Below are positions 32,701-35,327 of a stretch of DNA of 35,327 bases, piece by piece (positions within the stretch are counted from its first letter, which is position 1; each line of letters starts with the position of its first letter). The DNA is taken from NCBI GenBank assembly GCA_030167865.1, contig JALAGF010006557.1, forward strand, positions 1 through 35,327, read 5' to 3'. The position numbers and the translations under genes were made by a program. The notes under the pieces are model-generated. The model searched no databases, was not told the DNA's origin, and saw only the letters and a list, made by a program, of their open reading frames with translations. This stretch comes from Craspedostauros australis. Lineage: Eukaryota.

Positions 32701-35318
32701 AGTGCCTTTTGTGTTCTTTGCGTCACCGTTTCGAAGGACTCACCCGGTCTTGATACCACCAGGTCTGCGTCGTCAACGAAGCTAAGACCCACCAAGTTCA
32801 CTTTCTTGTTGCTGAGAACCGAAACGAAGTTCGCCCCATGACGCTGGGCGCGCATGGCCTCGAACATAGGTGAACTGATGGCGGCCCAAGCCGCTGGCCC
32901 ACAGCCGTTGCCCTGGGCTAAGCCCTGCATTGGCACCCATCCCGTGTTTCCGTAGGTCCTGGAGGACACCCCGTATGCTGTGCGTATGTGATGTTCTGCC
33001 TGTTGCAGAGTGCCAAACATGGACTTCACTGCCGATCGCCTTCCGCCTGCATGCACCATGGCCATCGATGCCACACTGTGAACCACCCTGTCATAGCATG
33101 ACTTTGCGTCGTTGGAGCATATGGCCCCATTCTGCCGCTTTTGCCTCATGACGTCGACCACCACTCTCTTACACAGAGCGGCTGTTGACGCCTTGTGGCC
33201 TTTACGGCTCCCAAACTGTTCTGTTGCCATTCGGCCGTTGCTTTCAGCTGTCTGCATCAGATCTCTTCCCAGTTTCTTGTTATTCATGTTGAAGGCGGGG
33301 TGGAACAGCTGGATGGTTCGCATCTTCGCGACATCGAACACTCCAGCTTTCTTGAGGATCTGGAAGTCGGTCATCACCTTCCACGATGTGGGGGAGAACC
33401 CCGTCTCATACGGAATCCTTCGCAGCCGACAGTCGATCGCCGCAAGCCCTTCGTGCTGAGCCGCCGCCTTGAAGTGACCAAAGTGGGGGGCCGACGGTTC
33501 GGACGATGTTCGTTCCTTCTGTTTTGCCCATCCATCAACGTGGTCTTGCACTGTAAACGAGGTGTTGGGCGTCGCTGAAGGGGTCGATCCTACTTGCGTC
33601 AGCAGCATACGTGGGTACTCGTCCGTCAGTTGCGTGGGCTTCCACTTCCCTTCGCATACTTGGTTGGCGTCTGCGGTGTCCGCGAGGAAACCAAAGCGAC
33701 GCCGCAGTTCGCCGGTCATGAATGGGGTACACGATGTTTGGAGGAAGCGTTTCTTGTTCTCCACAATGCACGCCTTTTCGATGGCGTGCTTCGTATCGCA
33801 CACTGTCAACTCCCCGTCGTCCCCAGTAACTGTGACCTTTGTGGCTAGCGTTTGCTTGGGCTTGAGGCACGCCTTGAGACGCCGGTTGTCTCGAATCTGG
33901 CGTTCCCTCATTCTGCGAATATGGCTCGCCGTGTTCTCCAGTGCCGTACCCCACCTTGCTGATTCTTCCACTCCTTTGTGTAGCATGAAATCGTCCCGCA
34001 TTTGAGATGCGGTTGGTTTTGCGGCTGCATAGGCCTGCCTGGCGGCATCCATCTTCTCTCTTACTTGCTCCGGGCATAGCTGGCGTGGCCTGTGGATCCG
34101 CAGTCGTTTGGCCAGCCGCTTTATGAGGGACGAGCTGATGTGAATGTTGTTCTGTTTTTTCCATACCGATGTCCAAAGCCTGACCTCGTCTCTGAGCCGC
34201 TTCAGTGTCGGTGACCATTCTAGTGCCCCCATTCTCAGCTTCCTGCATTCCGCCTCTGCTTCTACTCGGAGCTGGTCCATCCCCGCATCAATGGCGTTGT
34301 ACTCCTTGGCCAGCTCTGTGGTGACCCTACCCTGGGTACGGACGGCCTTCTCGAGCTCCTCAATTCTCCAGTGGTACCCTCTTTGTTGCGCCTTGCACCA
34401 CAGCGCTTCCTGGTACTTGCCCACCGCCGTTTGGTCCACCATTCGTAGACGTCGTGGCTCCACTCCCACCAGCGGGTTCAAGATGCCGATGGTGCTTGCC
34501 TCTTTGATGTCGGCCCACAGCATCCTGTGGTCGGAGTCAATAGCTTCTCCAAAGCCCAAGTAGCCGGCCTCCATAAGTTCGACGTCGCTCGTCACGTAAA
34601 TGCCGTCGATCGGGACATGGTTCCTGTTGCGGTGCTGGGTTGCTTGTCTTTGGAGGTTGGGGTGCATATCCGTGATTGCCTCACGCATGCCCAGCTCGCT
34701 GAACACTTCGGCGCATCTGCCTTCGTTGACATCTTGGTTTGCGTCTATGCCGACTACCACACTATCGCCGTCCTGCTTCCACTCCCGTATACTCTGCGCG
34801 AGGTCGAGCAGCATTGCCTCCCTGGGTTCCCTTGTGTCCCCTCGCCCAAGGAGATAGGTACGCTGCTGGGCCCAAGTGGAAGTTGGTCGGCTTGATGTGC
34901 ATGCTCGATAGGCTGCCACCACTCGTATGTGCTTGCCCTTGCGCCCTTCTATCCTCTGCCACACCCATCGTCCCAGGTTGTCCGGGTCCTCCCCTTCGTC
35001 GACCACTCGCTTGGCGAGATATTTTGACGTTGCAATTCCTGTGCCTCCGAACTGCACTTTGTTTGCATGTGGGCTGTTGCGGTTGTAGGCCGCGCTAGCC
35101 TTGGTGTGCCCGCCCCATTTCACTGCTCTTCTGGACCATGAATCCCCGGTCTTCATCGACTTCCAGTTGAGTCCAATTTCCGCCATCATGAGCACGTGAA
35201 TGTGTCTTCGTTTTACTTCTTCTCCAATTTGGCCGTTCTTGCGTTTCCATGGTTCCACTGGTAACCTCCCAATGTTTTGGAACGCGAGCCTGATTGTACC
35301 TGCTCGCGGTTGCCTCAT
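29685..35318 (-). CDS. Retrotransposon polyprotein: APE endonuclease, reverse transcriptase, RNase H, Zn knuckle (1877 aa; may extend upstream)
   Basis: APE motifs FQNIG, AEIG, GIDAN, PIDGIY, SDHR; RT motifs EQFGSRKG, NDAKSCYDRV, QGNGCGP, FVDD (32769-32780); RNase H motifs VSDGS, YRSELAG, WVRGHQD, NVYCD; CPWCGQSETAVHVVQC. Confidence 0.95.
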   Translation of the reverse strand: MRQPRAGTIRLAFQNIGRLPVEPWKRKNGQIGEEVKRRHIHVLMMAEIGLNWKSMKTGDSWSRRAVKWGGHTKASAAYNRNSPHANKVQFGGTGIATSKYLAKRVVDEGEDPDNLGRWVWQRIEGRKGKHIRVVAAYRACTSSRPTSTWAQQRTYLLGRGDTREPREAMLLDLAQSIREWKQDGDSVVVGIDANQDVNEGRCAEVFSELGMREAITDMHPNLQRQATQHRNRNHVPIDGIYVTSDVELMEAGYLGFGEAIDSDHRMLWADIKEASTIGILNPLVGVEPRRLRMVDQTAVGKYQEALWCKAQQRGYHWRIEELEKAVRTQGRVTTELAKEYNAIDAGMDQLRVEAEAECRKLRMGALEWSPTLKRLRDEVRLWTSVWKKQNNIHISSSLIKRLAKRLRIHRPRQLCPEQVREKMDAARQAYAAAKPTASQMRDDFMLHKGVEESARWGTALENTASHIRRMRERQIRDNRRLKACLKPKQTLATKVTVTGDDGELTVCDTKHAIEKACIVENKKRFLQTSCTPFMTGELRRRFGFLADTADANQVCEGKWKPTQLTDEYPRMLLTQVGSTPSATPNTSFTVQDHVDGWAKQKERTSSEPSAPHFGHFKAAAQHEGLAAIDCRLRRIPYETGFSPTSWKVMTDFQILKKAGVFDVAKMRTIQLFHPAFNMNNKKLGRDLMQTAESNGRMATEQFGSRKGHKASTAALCKRVVVDVMRQKRQNGAICSNDAKSCYDRVVHSVASMAMVHAGGRRSAVKSMFGTLQQAEHHIRTAYGVSSRTYGNTGWVPMQGLAQGNGCGPAAWAAISSPMFEAMRAQRHGANFVSVLSNKKVNLVGLSFVDDADLVVSRPGESFETVTQRTQKALEDWEGVLRSTGGALVPAKSFWWGLSFDYVAGQWRMKTARAAPAQVQVRDAHGVSRELRRLDPGESEQTLGVFMNMTGTSEAQVRYLRRKSEEFADRVVSGGLQHDLVWMAITTRITKTLEYPMEAVTLNQRQWDFVYAPIWSKALPRGGVARTFPRAVLFGPRANGGIGMRNPMVWQLATQIQAMAHEVSTRSITGRMIELSIEQAKMETAGGGSLFKQSFAACGHYVTASWVTQVWANAQKFGVSIEETGPSVRKQRVGDVFLLDSWRCQGYNNKQKGMLNECRLLLKVRTLSDMVTADGTRVMRIAFLGKNGGVTASAGHPRMPGRLTRRHWLLWQEWIEGFTEDRHLRLRRRMQAWIHDDHGWVWWRDPDDEYTAWRRVGQSFQVWRSPPGRRGRRSEFEATATAIRNLPARARRTSPLNEGHRAVWLEALERPRVGETLPSTPRRVAFDSGRCWERGHISGDATDSELRAAVRRGDVLAVSDGSFKMGFGTSAYVLSVLDSGVQSTGCNVVPGGSAVQSAYRSELAGVAGILRELLELEKGGSLGQGPVVVGLDGMKAMENCRDGVAQVNQPSYDMLGHIKAMRERLSVEVRFRWVRGHQDDGPGRLDRWALLNVYCDGEAKRYWEASVGKPKPVWRGEGSFQWSLRIQDTKSSWAASGIHDDIVGATVEGYWGRKLGVVRQARGSTACLGRRKAQGKASWRQRVFVSKMATGFIGVGAKLKQYGVEEQCPWCGQSETAVHVVQCAESGQAWEACFQQYVEELELIGTSGPMVSYIFASLRSYCGRSVRDGFSEEAPVQWWPILLGWIPQEWCDQQAEWFEQYGTGRRFYTIESWARDAVLAGWRFVHGVWRCRNRVKSAAVKALAVAQASMDAVTEEAERSRGFVGWNRLDRAVAAQGSDAVSMAGEHTRSAWLQFVRAVRTGGPEAWVGDGIDDLGPTAGHPVPATGNQGAAPTDASAQGQCSAVVASNPAEGTQAQTQAACGGLCRAERLRLGTIGD

Positions 35319-35327
35319 TGTGTTGCC

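Larger units (their letters stand above)
29388..35327 (-). mobile_element. Non-LTR retrotransposon (Ambal-like), 5' part outside the window
   Basis: Large APE-RT-RNase H ORF, a structured ~280-bp 3' UTR, and a (TTATTG)n-like tail on the minus strand near 29388-29417. The boundary is approximate. Confidence 0.85.

Overview
Eukaryotic nuclear DNA from a draft assembly with N gaps, most likely a diatom or related stramenopile. That assignment is inferred from the compact, intron-poor genes and the transposon types. The left ~7 kb is a mobile-element patch: the 3' half of a tRNA, a decayed piggyBac-type transposase, an intact 358-bp TRIM-type LTR mini-element, and a ~920-bp MITE-like element with palindromic subterminal motifs. 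The middle is a housekeeping block: a PUB-domain protein, MetAP2, a MINDY-3/4-type deubiquitinase, ATG3, a Ser/Lys-rich protein, head-to-head eIF1A and RPS8, a single-pass membrane protein, an ankyrin protein and a Sos7/Zwint-like coiled-coil protein. The right 6 kb is an uninterrupted non-LTR retrotransposon ORF (APE endonuclease, RT, RNase H, Zn knuckle) with twin hairpins at its 3' end. The most notable observations are the TRIM with tRNA/B-box-like motifs in its LTRs, the twin inverted hairpins, and an ankyrin frame with no in-frame start codon that abuts the kinetochore-like gene.
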